From: Raillietiella orientalis
Lineage: Eukaryota
Direction of reading: 5' to 3'
Assembly: GCA_036172245.1 (NCBI GenBank)
Contig: JAYWIR010000011.1
Coordinates: 2,046,001-2,110,000, forward strand
DNA: 64,000 bases
Positions 1-13,500 of the stretch are shown here, one piece after another (within the stretch, counting starts at the first letter, position 1; each line of letters opens with the position of its first letter). The position numbers were made by a program, and so were the translations under genes. The notes beneath the pieces are model-generated. The model saw only the letters and a list, made by a program, of their open reading frames with translations. It was not told the origin of the DNA and searched no databases.

Positions 1-3000
1 TCTCTTTGGTTTAACTTCTGCACCATTATTGGATAATGGCTTAATGGCACTTTTATTAGTTTCACAAGGTGCTTTTGCTAAGTTTTCATTATTCTGTACT
101 ACAGAATCATTCACTTCTGATTTCTGATGCTTTTTTGCTTCTGATGAAATATTTTTTTGTACGTTTAGTTTTCTTTTCAGCTGATCTCGAAGCCTAAGTT
201 TTTTATAAATTAACTTTTCTTCAACCAATTCCTCTTTGTCATCTTTAGAAATATCCATTTCATTGCTACTTTCCTTATTTGTTATCTTTGGCTTCAGGCA
301 CACATCTTCTGATTTGATCGAGTTTTCGCAATTTCTCCATAAATTCTGATATGAATTAGAAAAACTAGAGAAATTAGGTGAGTGACTAGGTAAAAATCTA
401 TGGTTTAAGTTAGAGACGTTGACTTTGTTTTCACTGATGAGAGGAGGTACAAGAGGTTGCGTAATTTTAGAATTTTGAGAATTGGACATCATAAAAGCAA
501 AAGAGGACTGAATGAGGTTGACAGCAGGTAAGTTAAAAATTGTTGACTGCAACAGATTTCCTTGGTTTTTAAGACTCACTTGTTTCTGTGAATTGGAATG
601 TAAAAATATAGTTGAAATAACAGTATCTGCTTTATTAGAGATAGATGAAATTTTAGAATCAAGAAAGCTTTGTTTGAAGTGAAACTTTTCTGGACGAATA
701 TTCAAAGTTTTGTTTCGAGGAAATTTGTCATTGAAGCCTGCTTTGGAAAAATTTTTAGCATTTCGAATACGATGCTGCGCATCCAACTTTTCTCCATGTT
801 CAGGATGCTGCTGACTAGAAATATTTTCAACAGATAAGTTGTTGATGAGAGCACCATTAACAAAAGTAGTACTCATGGAGTTGATATGTCTGTGTCTTTT
901 CTTCAAAGGAAGCCTCTGTTCGATAACCTCAACTTTATCAATGCACTAAAAAATGCGATTTTTACAGCATCATTTGCTATTCAAAGACTACTTGACATTT
1001 AATTAACATTCAATATTCAAGTAACTGATGGTAAATCACTACTTATACATTATCCAAAAAGATGCAATTATACTGAAAATTTAAGTACTAAAATAAACAC
1101 ATGGAGAAATATGATAAAAACTAAGAAATATTAATAATCATATAGTTTAAACACCAAACGTGAGAAAAATAAGCTTCTACATAGTAACATTACTTTATTT
1201 ATTTTATTAAAAAAAAAAAAGAACTTCCCGATTTTTATTTACCTCAAACTTAAACAAGATGTTTTGATATACAACTTCATAAAACAATATTTATGTCTGG
1301 CATTATTTATTATAAAAAAATAAGTACCTAATAACCAGACTTTAAATAAAAACTAAGATTTCAATATACCCAAATAAACTGGGCAAACAGTTATGTCTCG
1401 CACTACCGCAAATTAGTGAACAGATTCAGGCATGTATGGATGCAATAAACCAAATAAATTCTTGAAATTTATTCAATTAATTCTAAATAAATAAAGCAGT
1501 ACAAAAAATTTCATAATTTCAGTTCATGAATTATATGAAATGTCAATTCCACCTTGGATGAGTTTGCTTTCTTAAATGAACAATGAAGACATACAATACC
1601 AAGAAACCCCAACACTAATGGGCAATTATACTTAATGACTATCAGAGCAAGCTATGATTGATTCCTGAATGGATTCCTTGAAACTTGAACAAAACATTAA
1701 ACAAGTTTTGGGATTTTGGTTTAATGTCGGAAAATTATCAGCAAATATTGTATCACTTACAAAGACTACAAGAATATAGGGAAAAATTCAAATTATTTAA
1801 TCTATTCCGAATATGTAATGTAAATAATCATTCTGAATATTTGAAAAATTTACGCACAAATCATGAAAAACGAAATGCAAACATATATATAGCTTTAAAA
1901 TTCTTGCACAAAAATACCACTAAATCCCAAACCTTACAACATGAGCCCTAAATATGAAAAAAAAATAAAAAATATGTACATCTATATATACAGATGTGAC
2001 CAAAGACAAAATATGCATCATTTACAATTAAACATATAAGAATAAAATCATTAATAGTCAAAAAATGGTACTTTGAGGAAAAAATTCAAAAATGAATAAG
2101 TCATTTGACCATCAGCAATCAAATGTTAAAAGCATTAGATGTTTAAAGCAATTAACATCTAACACTACTACCAAAAGAAAAGTGCAAACATTTCAAATCT
2201 TTAAATTATGTCAGAATAGGGTAACAATACAAGGGAAATCATAGGGTAAGAGCAAGCACATACAGGCTCTGCTCAAACTAATCTGGTGGAACAGAGAATA
2301 CTTAATGGGATGACAATGCAAAAAATCCAACTGGAAATTGACCTGTGAGGGTCAACAAAACAATCACAACTTATGTATTCTGATTGCTTTTTCAATTTCT
2401 TAATCTCATTGAAAGAAATGTGCTAATCATGTGCTAGTAACATTTACAAATTAAGTAAATGTATGATTTTTAAATATACTGTTTTTAGAAATTGAAAAAA
2501 ACTTGCAGACAAAGTTAAAAAGTACCATGCCATTGAACAATCAAGAAAAACATACAGAAGCAAGTCTCATGATTCCATGAAAAATTCAATCTTTTAGAAA
2601 CTGGAAATATTTTAAAGCTGAAAGCTGTTAAAAACAAATCAATGAACATTTCAACTTACCTTTACTTCTGATACACTATGTTTTTTGGATTTTTTTTTAA
2701 TTAATTTTTCTTTTGAACTGCTATTTTCGATTTCCTTAACATTAGCTTCATCTTTAACTTCTGAAATGCTTTTCTGAGATGGAAAACTCTGAACAGTTTG
2801 AAACATTGACTGCCTGAATTTCACATTATTTTTTGTGGCAGGAGAAATGGAGCAATAAGGAAAATTCCTAATTAAATCCTCAATTTCTGCCAAAAATACG
2901 GGATCAAAAATATTTTTTTGTTTTAGTTTCCAAAGTTTAATGTGGTACTTTTGTGGCCTGTGCTGACTGATTATTTTATGGCTTATTTCTTTGTTATCAC

Positions 3001-6000
3001 TGATCATAGATTTCAAAATATCAGGAGCTCTGGCTTTGCATTTCATAACTTTATCACATCTTTGTTTTGAAGTACTGTTGGAGGAATTTAGCAAAGTTAC
3101 CTTTGATTTGTTGTTAACATCCCAAGAAGGCAAATTTACTAATTGGGGATGCATTTTTTCATCACGAACTTTGTTTTTTCTGTCAAAAGAATCAGAATTC
3201 TGAATGTTTACTGATTTCTTGTTGCTGAAAGTACAATTTTTAAAGCTTTTTTTAATATGAAAAGTTTCTGATGAATTCACATTATGGAGGATTTCCATTC
3301 TATGTCTTTTGGACATTTTCTTTAATGCATACAGAGATTTAGCACCCAGATACGTGTTTCTCCTCAAATGAGATTTCATTCTTCTCCGAGCTATAGATAC
3401 TTTTTTGAAATAATGACTACTGGGCAAATGATGCCTCAATTGTTTTTGCATTTTGTTTTGGCTATTTGATTCTACAGACTGATGATTAGTCAAACATTGC
3501 TGTTTCTTTTTGTTCTGATAAAAATTCTTTGGGGATAATTCAGGCTGTGTGTTATTGGAAACTCGGTCACTATCATCTGTGGAGATTACTTTGGGAATTG
3601 ACACTGTCGATGTTACTTGACAAGATGGAGATAACTGATAGCTAATCACCGGGGAAAACACACTGGGATTGTCACTGGACTCAAAACTCACTGTACTATC
3701 TACTTGGATATCTAATTCATCCAAGGCTTGTTGATGACCAAAGCCATCCACAGTGGAAGAAACTGCACTACATGAGATTGAACTATTATTAGGCAATTCA
3801 TTAGAGTTAAATGACGGGGTGAAATTAGCATTGATTTGTGAATTATCTGCATGGCAACACTCATGAGAATTATTTCGCTTAAATTCTTTGTTAGCTGCCA
3901 GACTTCCTAATAATAATATTAGCAGAGAGAAACAAATTGTAACAATACCATTATGATCACGATGGCTATCTGTAGTACTTGAGGGCAGATCATCCTCAGG
4001 GTTTTGAGAACTAAAAGTCTGATAATCTGATTCCTGTGGATTATGATGTTTCAAATCATTATCAGCATATTTGATTGCTTCAAAAACTAATTTTTCCACA
4101 AACTGCATTTCCTTCAGGGAACAGCTAGTACTAGGATAACCTGAAGAAATTTTATTCTGAATAGCTGTTTTTGGTCTACAGTTATTGTATGGCATAAATC
4201 TATGCAAATTAAACGTCGGCTGCAAGTTTACAGAACTCTGCAACTACAAATATCTTTTCACAATTTGAAGGCACAGCTAATACTACCTTATGTAAGTCAC
4301 TTTCCACACCACTGTTGTCTACATGAGTTATTGCTGTCTCCTGCTTGGCATCTCCTTTGTAAAGATTAACAATTGATAATGAGTCAGAAGTTGTCTCATT
4401 AGTGTTATCTTCAGAAAATTCGGAATTTTTAGCTATCTTCAACTTTATCTGTCCCTAAAAAAATGGAAAAATTTATATGGTAATTGAATTTCAATCCTAC
4501 TTTATCAAATTTGGTTGCAGAAACTCGATGATGAGGAGAGGTCATATGCATAGCATCCTGAACCAACTCTTTGGATTCTAAAACTTCTTCTAAACAAGAT
4601 TCACTAGAGCTACCTGATCCATCACTCGTAGAATTGTTACAGCTACGAGACTATTAATAAATGCTATAAGACTAGTTCTTGAAAAATTGACAAACTTACT
4701 GTATTTGAAATACTAGAATCAGAATCACTAAAAGAATCAGTTTCAGAATCAGATATTGATTCATCAAAGCAACTGTTATCAGACTGTGAATTTTCACTTT
4801 GTATTTTTTTATCATTACAGGTAAAAAATGAATGTCGATCTTTTGGTTGACTCTTTGGACTTAGCCTTGAATGCTGATTTTCATTTTTGATAACGGCACT
4901 GAAACACAAATTTTTTGAAATAAGTTTATTCAATATATACAGTGCTTGTGAACTACCACAAAAATACATGAGTATGTTCAAAATAATACTTGAAAGACTG
5001 GTTGCAAATTCCATTTTTTCAACATGTACAAACATGCACACTTTTCGAAGTATCAGTGAAAATATCTTAGGCATTTTTGAGCTCCTTTTATACAGAAATT
5101 TAAAGATTTGGATATTGTAATTCAGATGCTCTGAAACCTAGATTTTTGCACTAATTTGTCGCAAAAAACAGTATAGCACAAGGTCTTAGTAATTATGAAT
5201 ACATTTTTGCAAGCACAAATACAAATGTATGAAACACATACATTACAACTTTCATAGTAGCACTAACAAATTGGACAATTTCGAGAACTTTCTACTAAAA
5301 TTGTTTCACCTCTAGCTTAGAATTCAACTGACAGCATGGCTTACAAATTAACTGTCTCCTTAATGACACAAGAACAGCACTGTTTATACTTGATTGTGAC
5401 TTTGGTTAAATGTAGAAAATAGCTTGCTCAAACTATAGTCTGTTCAGACAGACAGCATTTTCTTCTTCTTCACTAATAAATCCTTTGCCTTTATAAGCTT
5501 ACAAATATATATGTGCTTTATAAGGTAGTTTTATTATTACTGAATTATATATAATATAAATAATGAGCTTTTATCACTTCAAGCTCAAGAGCAAACAAAT
5601 TTTTTCAACAAAACTGACACACCTGATTAATGGATTAACTTTTGAAAATTCCAAACATTACAAGCTCTTAAAATTCATAGGTAATAGTTGGTAATGAAAC
5701 GAAAACTGATAAATGAAACAAAGAATTATACATTTGGCAACAAAATCCACACAAAAAATATGGTACCTAATGACTACATTGGACTACTGTTTATGCAAAC
5801 TAATATCTTCAGAAAATTTCTTCAATAATGAAAATGTATCATAATGAATTTAAGCAAGAACTCATGCACCATGCCCTAAGTTACGGCATTTAGTTTTTGT
5901 CAGTTAAAAATCTTTATAGCCACAACAAATTTTCAACAGGAACCAATCGCTGGCAATGCTTATTCTTAAAAGATTGTCTAATATACTGTCTAATTGCTTT

Positions 6001-6971
6001 CTGACAGCAGAATTTCAAAACATCTAAAATACCAACTTCTAAATTCTAAAATTAAACTTAATTGAATACACCAATTCCAAAGCCTCATCTAAAATGCGTC
6101 CGCACAGCAAACGCTTGAACCAATTCAACAGTCAGTAGGTTTCAATTGAAAAACTCTCACAACGAAGCTGAATGATAACATGCAAATCTAACACAATATT
6201 GTGCCTTACATTTATGTTCACCAATTGTAGGATCAAAATTATCAAAATACACAAGGGTAACAGAAGACTTAAACTTCCCTTTAGAACTTGATGTACTCTA
6301 CTTCAAGATAAATGCTGCATAAATGTCAAAATTAGTTCCCTTATTCTCTGTTTCTGATTAATGTGGATTGGCTAGTGAAAACTGTCAAGAGCAGAAGCAT
6401 GGCTAACTAAGGAACTGACTGCATTGAAAACTCGAATTATATGATCATAAAGCACATACTACATGACATAACTGACCTTTTATGAGATAACATGGCATCA
6501 GAAGGATGTGTATATATCCAATGGGATTCTTTAATAGCTTGGATATCAACCGTAGAAGGATATCCGCTACTTCCATTTTCACTTTCCTTACAGCCTTCAT
6601 TGTTATCTAAGATTAAAGGAAGGTATGGCAATGGCAATGGACAATATGGGATCAAAATATTTTGGGAATAAAAATCAGCATAGCTGTTTCCTTCAAAATT
6701 GAGTTGATCTTCATTTTTTGCAAATGCGGATATTCTACTTGGTCCTGACATTCTTAAATAATTGTACATTTATTGTAGTACACCCCATTTATAATTCTCC
6801 TTTTCTAGATTCACTTAATACACCATTAGTTCACCCACTTTTGGATGCCATGTTTTCACGATATACAGCTTTGTGCGACACGATTCCCGCCAACTTTGCG
6901 CTTTCATTTGTTATATCTTCGAAATCCTTGTTGCAGGTGAACTTATAATGTTTCCCCCCCAAACTGTACAT
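1..6971 (-). CDS. ash1: ASH1-like histone methyltransferase gene, N-terminal part only; continues beyond the left window edge
   Basis: Phase-consistent GT-AG exon chain on the minus strand: 6971-6835, 6752-6477, 4898-4700, 4650-4501, 4454-4287, 4237-3949, 3906-2660, 945-<1 (last exon open to base 1). The product is long, S/N/K-rich and low complexity. It contains FDPVFLAEIEDLIRNF, resembling the DPxFxAELEELI motif I recall from ASH1L/SETBP1, and a basic LPLKKRHRH motif. No SET domain lies in the window, so the identity is an inference. The first two exons are the least certain. Confidence 0.6.
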
Positions 6972-9900
6972 GACCTCAGTGACGTTCTATCAGAATCAGA
7001 CTCTACAAATACTCCTGGTCATTCAGTGAAATTGTGTACTCTATAATGAATGCATTAAAATAACTAATATCACAGCACACACTAATAAACATACAACGGC
7101 GATTCAACGGTCTTCATTTGCAATGCTTTTACAACGAACGTTTCCGTGCACACTAACAATTACGATATTTAATTTCTTAGTTATCTGTTATACTTTAAAT
7201 AGTTGGCAAACAATGATAATTTCTTGTGAATTTTATTCTACCAATGTGCTTAATCTTGTCTGTGTTTCATAATGGTCATTATTCATACCAAAACCATTGA
7301 CTACTTTAGGCAGTCAAACATAGTTGTTTAATTCTGACTAAAATGCTTAAATCAGTTTATTCTCTTTACAAATTGCACGAATGTGATACATTACTGTGGT
7401 AATTCAAAATATCTGTGTTCTTTCTTCCTTGAGATTTTTCATCATCCCTCTCAACTTTCTTTGCTGGTACGATTTTATAGCAGAATGCAAAATACTCTTA
7501 CTCAGTTCATAAATCAGTTTTTTTCTTTTCTTTTCTTTTCGTTCCAACAGAACAGAAACCGAATGATTGGTTATTAGTAGATTAAGAGAAAACATTTTTT
7601 TACGGAATATATATAGAATATGGGCAAGTTTTTTTTTTCCTCTCTCTCTATTTTTTTTTTTTTAAAGAGTGCTTAGAAATTTTGGGGGAAGCTTCATGCT
7701 CCCCTAGAAATAAAATAGTGGAATCATTTTTAAAACTACAAGCCCAACTCGTCATTTGTAGGATTCCTTAATTCATAGAAAGAATTGAATATGAGAAAAC
7801 AATTCAATAAATATTTCGATTTTTTGATCTTTGAATAAAAGGTAATGTATAATTGATGATCGGAGAATTTCAAAGCAACTTCAAAGGGAGTGTGTTGATA
7901 TTCTGCCGTGTAATGCGTGCATCCCACCATTCTGGTGTTGGTCTGCATGTGCCAATAAGCAAATCGCCATGTTTTCAAATTCGAATTCTCGATAACTCAG
8001 TATTCCCTCCTTGCGGCAGCCTACATTCGCGTTCTTCAGGAATCCATTTTCATTTATTTTTAAGGTTGGAAAATGAGCTTCTTAGAAAATCTGACAATAA
8101 CGAAACGGGCTCGTTCCGAATTTGATTTTCATTAATCATTTTGAAGGTTCTTTAATCAATGGGAACCCATTGTCAACAGATTTGTAATCCAGACCAAACA
8201 AAAATGAATCTCTTCATGGTCATATTAATTGTTGAACTCAATTGCAACAATACATGTAAATTTAATTAATGTTAGATGATTTTTGGTAATAAAAAGAGTT
8301 CAATAACCAAAAATCAAACTCACTTTTTCAAATCTTTCTTCGTTTACATGATGCTCCAAGTGTTTCCTTATTAATATTTATGATTATTTTTAAAACATGA
8401 TTATAAATGGCTGTGGAGCAACTCTTTCTTACCAAAACCTATGTGTCTAATTTTTACATGTACTTTTTTGAATTACATTAATGATTGTCATTAATGAAGA
8501 TCAGGGGAGATCAGGGGAGTTATTTCAGACTTATGCAATTCATTCATTCAAGCGTACTATAAAAAATGAATCAGTGATTGCAATGCCTTAATAATTCTGT
8601 GTGATTTGTTGGTTTCTGAATTCAATTAACAAATCAATGGATTTCATATTTTAGAAACCTACTAAAAGTGAGCAGCTTGGAAGATATTCTGTTTTTTTTC
8701 AACCTCAAACAAATTCTTCAAGGGATAGCAGTTGCCCGTATGATGGTATGTCATTTAATGTATGATAGTTATGTCGTTTAATTGCACAGCATGATTTTCG
8801 ATGGAGTTGAATTGGATCTCGAAGAGAAGACAAACCAAATCACGGATTCCACTATGAAGATGGATGAGAAACAATTAGACAGGTTTTATTTAAATATATT
8901 AATTAATTAAATGTTGAAGTAAGAATTTATCATGTACACTTGAAGAGAAACAGTTGCACACATAGCTCCCTTACCTTAAGGGCGATGAAATATGGAAGCT
9001 TCAGGAAAAACATTCAATATGGGAGTTAGGATTCGAATTAATAGTTGCATAAAATGACTAAATTAAATTAATTCAGACCAATACAAATTTTCCTTCCATT
9101 TGCAAATGAAAAAAAACTTCAATTATGAATGCTTATTTTTATGAATCCTTACTCTTAATGTTGAAAACAATATGGTTACGTTTGTTTTTTAAAAATATGG
9201 TATGAAATCGCCATGAGATTTAATAATTAGAATCATTCTAGATTAAATCTTTTAGCTTACGGTTTCTTACTGAAAGCGTTTTGTGTTCCAAGACTATCTC
9301 AAAAGTCTTCTATGGGTACGCAAATTGAAAATTGGCATTTTAAATTTACAGGCACTCCATTCTATTTTTTCTAACCAAAAATTATTTTTAAAACACACCT
9401 TTGGGAGTTACTGATCACATTTATGAGTAAAAGTCATTGGTATTCCTAGACCATTTTGATCATTTGATATGATTTTACATTGTACCCCAAATATTGTTCC
9501 TTTTTGAAAATCCGACTAAATTATTAATTTAACAGTAATCATAACCACGGTTTTTGAACTTGAATGATGAATGAACTTGCGAACAAAGATTTTCGCATTG
9601 ATTTCTTTGTCGTGCTTTCACTCATTTCTATTTTAATCCTTTTTCTATTTAAAATATCACGATTTTTTTAAAGGAAAAATGAGATAATCACATGTTTGCT
9701 AGCAAGTAATGTATGTATGATAGTATGTCATAAGTGAATATTAAAACACCTGAATTAAAGTGGTGTTAAATGTGAAGGAATACTTCAGATATTTAAATCT
9801 CAACACATTCTTTACTACGTTCTTGCAGTTTTAGTGATTCGATTATACTTAATTTATGCTTTGCTCATCTGCATCCCTGAGCATAAAGCTTTTATTACCT

Positions 9901-10504
9901 TTAGAATTTATTCTTCCTTTGAGAAATACACGTGACAGAATCATTTGATTTTCTGATACTTGTGATCATAATTAAGAAATAATAGTCAGTTTCAAAGACT
10001 CCTTTTTTAAACATGATAAATAAACTAATAGTCGGAATTAATGCTCGAAATTTTTCCATGAAAATTTAATGGTTTTAAATGATGATCTCGTGGCATTTAA
10101 TAAATTTGATTAGATGTAGACATAATAATTCATTAGTAAATTCGAGAGTTTGTTTTAATGTTGCTATTATTTTGTTATCATAGTGAACTAAAGTTCATCA
10201 TTTGAAATGCTGGAGATATACACTTGCTTCATGAAAACAAGAAATTTAACAATAGTAGAGTTTTGATGATTTTCTCTCTGATGAAACTGAAGGAGATAAA
10301 AATATTGAAATTGAATGAAATATGCATAACTCTTTTGCTTCTCATATTTTTTCTCTGTGTTTCGATCGCTTTTGGAATTTTCCTTGAAAGTTGATTTAAT
10401 GTCTTTGCACTATAGCTACTGAAAATTACTGTGGCAATCATGTATTCAATTAATTGCTTTCCGTTCTGCACGGTGGTAGGTTGTAGTGCTTTTACTTAAG
10501 AAAA

Positions 10505-13500
10505 ATGACTGTTGGAACTGCCCAAAAGCAAGAACTATCAGCCAAGAAAAATGTCTACCAAGATAAAGGAAAACCAACCCAAATTAGAGATAGTAACATT
10601 ACTGCAGCTAAAGGTAAATAAGATGGCACATTTTGATGCAAGCGACGCGCCCGTCGATAATAACTTTCTTCCATGGGTGCTTGACATGAATAACTTTCCT
10701 TGCTTGCAGGAGTATGATGTTCCAAATAAATAATTTTTTCTTTTAATTAGGGGAATTCTGTGATTACAGCAAAGTTGATTTGTAAATGTACAATTAGAAT
10801 TCGGAGCACAAGTGATACTTAATTTTTGAGATATGCAAACATTCGTATCCATCACGAAAAGAAGAAATGTAGAAAGCAGAAAGCATTTTGGAATTAGAGT
10901 GTATAGAGGGCCAGCCTCATGCAGTGGAGATGAATTGTTGAATTGCATTCAATTTGATTTAAGAAAAAAACTACTTTGATGTGTTCGCAGTTCTGCCAGA
11001 ATGGTCTTTGTAATTTGATTTATCGGAGTATGCAGATGAAGGAAATCGTAGAAATGCATGGAAATGCGAAAATAGTTCTAGTTGCACTATAACAAATACT
11101 ATTGTATTTATTAACTCTTCATGATTTTTTTTTCTTCAAATTTATTTTTTTTTTTTGGTCCTTGAAAGATTCGCGTAACTTGAGCAATTAATAGAAGCTA
11201 ATTGATTTTTCACCTTTGTAGCAGTTGCAGATTCTATTCGCACGAGTTTGGGTCCAAGGGGTATGGACAAAATGGTAAGGAAGTAACTGAACATAAATTC
11301 TGTTATACAAACATAGATTCAAGCTGCCAATGGTGAAGTTACAATAACAAATGATGGTGCTACAATTCTGAAGCAAATGGAAGTTGTGCATCCAGCTGCA
11401 AAAATGGTAAGTCTGTAAGTGCATTTAGTGACTTAATCACTGGTTGGTAAACAATATAAGAAGCCAAATGCAGCTGTTTTTAAGCTTGTTGAACAGTTGC
11501 ACTTGGCTCTACATGCCAGTGAATGTGATTTTAAAGAATAGCAGTAGTGGTTTCTGATGGTGCCTTTCATTTTTCCTTATTAGCACATGTAATAAATAGT
11601 CTGCATCAGTACTCTTATTTTTATGAAAGTCTTTAGTAGTATTTTCACTATGAAATTCACAAAGCACCTTAAAGGATGTTATCTTTTTTTCATGCTTGAA
11701 GGAAATGTTCGTCTTGAGATATTAGGTGATTACAAGCATATGAAATTGTAAGTAGTCATCATCATTCAACAAGAACTCCATTTCTTAGACTTTAGAATCT
11801 TGGGTCTGTAGTTCTCAAGTTTGTCCATGTTGCTCAAATGTATCATTAATAATTTTAAGGCTATTACTTTAATACAAATTGTCGTTTTTCCTAATGAAGA
11901 AACGATTTCATCCAAATATTTGTGTGTGGAATTCTATTAAAAATTCTGCTCTCATTCTGCTTCCTTTAATTTATTCTTCATGTGTTGTTATTTTGTTTAA
12001 TGAGATGAGCAAATACATGTTTGTTTTGATCGCTGTTTTGTGGTGCTATTGCATTGCAAAAAGAAAAAAAGAAAGAAATCTCGTTAATTATCCTGTAAAT
12101 GCAAACGGTGGGATGTTGAGCTGTTTGCAATAATGTGTGTTCCATTACAGATGGTAGTAGACAGTTTCTTAGTGGGACAATCATGAAGTTATTTGAAAAA
12201 GCTTTTGTCATGTTCTTTCAAGTATCAGGATGCAGTTTTAATTATTTGGTCATTGAATTGCAATATTCAGTGTACTAGGTATAGGTATATCTATGGAATG
12301 ATGCTAAGAAATTATCTAGATTGGCATGTCATTTGTATGTTTTCTTGAGGATCAATGAAACAAGTTTAACTTTGGTACACTTTGATTTATAAATAATTCA
12401 GTTCAGCAGCTTCATATGCAAATGTCATTTATCACTAACATCACTAACAATTTTCTAACTGATTAATGACTAGTCAGAAAGACTAGATGCACTTGTGAAA
12501 GCAAGTGAGACATTAGGAACTTGAACATGAAAGAAAAGGTAACTAAAGTGGATAAGTTTCTAGTAAGAATTTACAATTATTAATGAAGTTTGAACGAAAA
12601 AGAAAGAATCAGAGTGAGTTGGAAACAAGGACTCTAGATATCAGTGTGATTATGCTTGCTTACGCTCCAAAAATGACAGAAAAAGTGGTAGCTGTATTTG
12701 GCTTTAAGATAAGAAGAAAAGAGTAGGTGATGCTGAATGAATTAAAGATGCATATCTCATTGACTTTTTTGTAGCTAAGAATCCATTTATTTGTAACATT
12801 ATCAGAGCACATATTGTGGGTCACTTTGAAATAAAGTGGGGGTTTCATAGAAATAAAAAAAAAGTTTCAAAGGTGCATTTTTCGCTTCTTGAATTTAGAT
12901 GTGTTAGGGATATGAATTAGAATTTCTGGTGTGTAATAGGCCATGTGAAGGATTGCATTTTAAGTTATTAGGGTGACTAGCACTGATTGCAAACTTTAGG
13001 AATGACGGAAGAAAGGTGATCCGTTAATTTTCGGGGTGTTCATTACATGTCAAGTTTCTCAGAATAAAACACATTTTTGCAAGTTTACAGTCAATATTAA
13101 TTATTTAGAATGTTTGAAAAATCCAAAAAAAGCAAAAGTGATAATGAATTTTTCTGGACCAGGTTGAAAATTGTGTTACAAAAAAAGCCCAATTTACAAC
13201 AGAAAGATTTTAAGATATCATCAATAAGTTTGACTATTAACTAAAATGAATGTTGGAAATACATTACTGAATATAAGTACACTGAATTAAGTACATGAAG
13301 TTATTATTAGTAGAAAACTGGATGCTGAAGAGGAAGTATGTGTATTTGAGCAACACATGCATAACTCAGCATTGAAGTGGAGTTGTGTCACCATTTTTGT
13401 TGTTTTGTTTCGGTTTTTGAATTTTCCTGTTATTTATTTACCATCACTGGTGCACACCCATGTCAGAACATTAAATTATAGTTATTAGTAATGCACAATT

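Noticed and set aside
2651..4243. Stand-alone 530-aa membrane protein
   Set aside because: It is bounded by splice sites and forms internal exons of the larger minus-strand gene. The hydrophobic stretch is probably an intron.
7400..9000. Extra small gene between the ASH1-like gene and CCT4
   Set aside because: Short frames (e.g. MIFDGVELDLEEK at 8791) could not be joined into a spliced model and have no recognisable homology.
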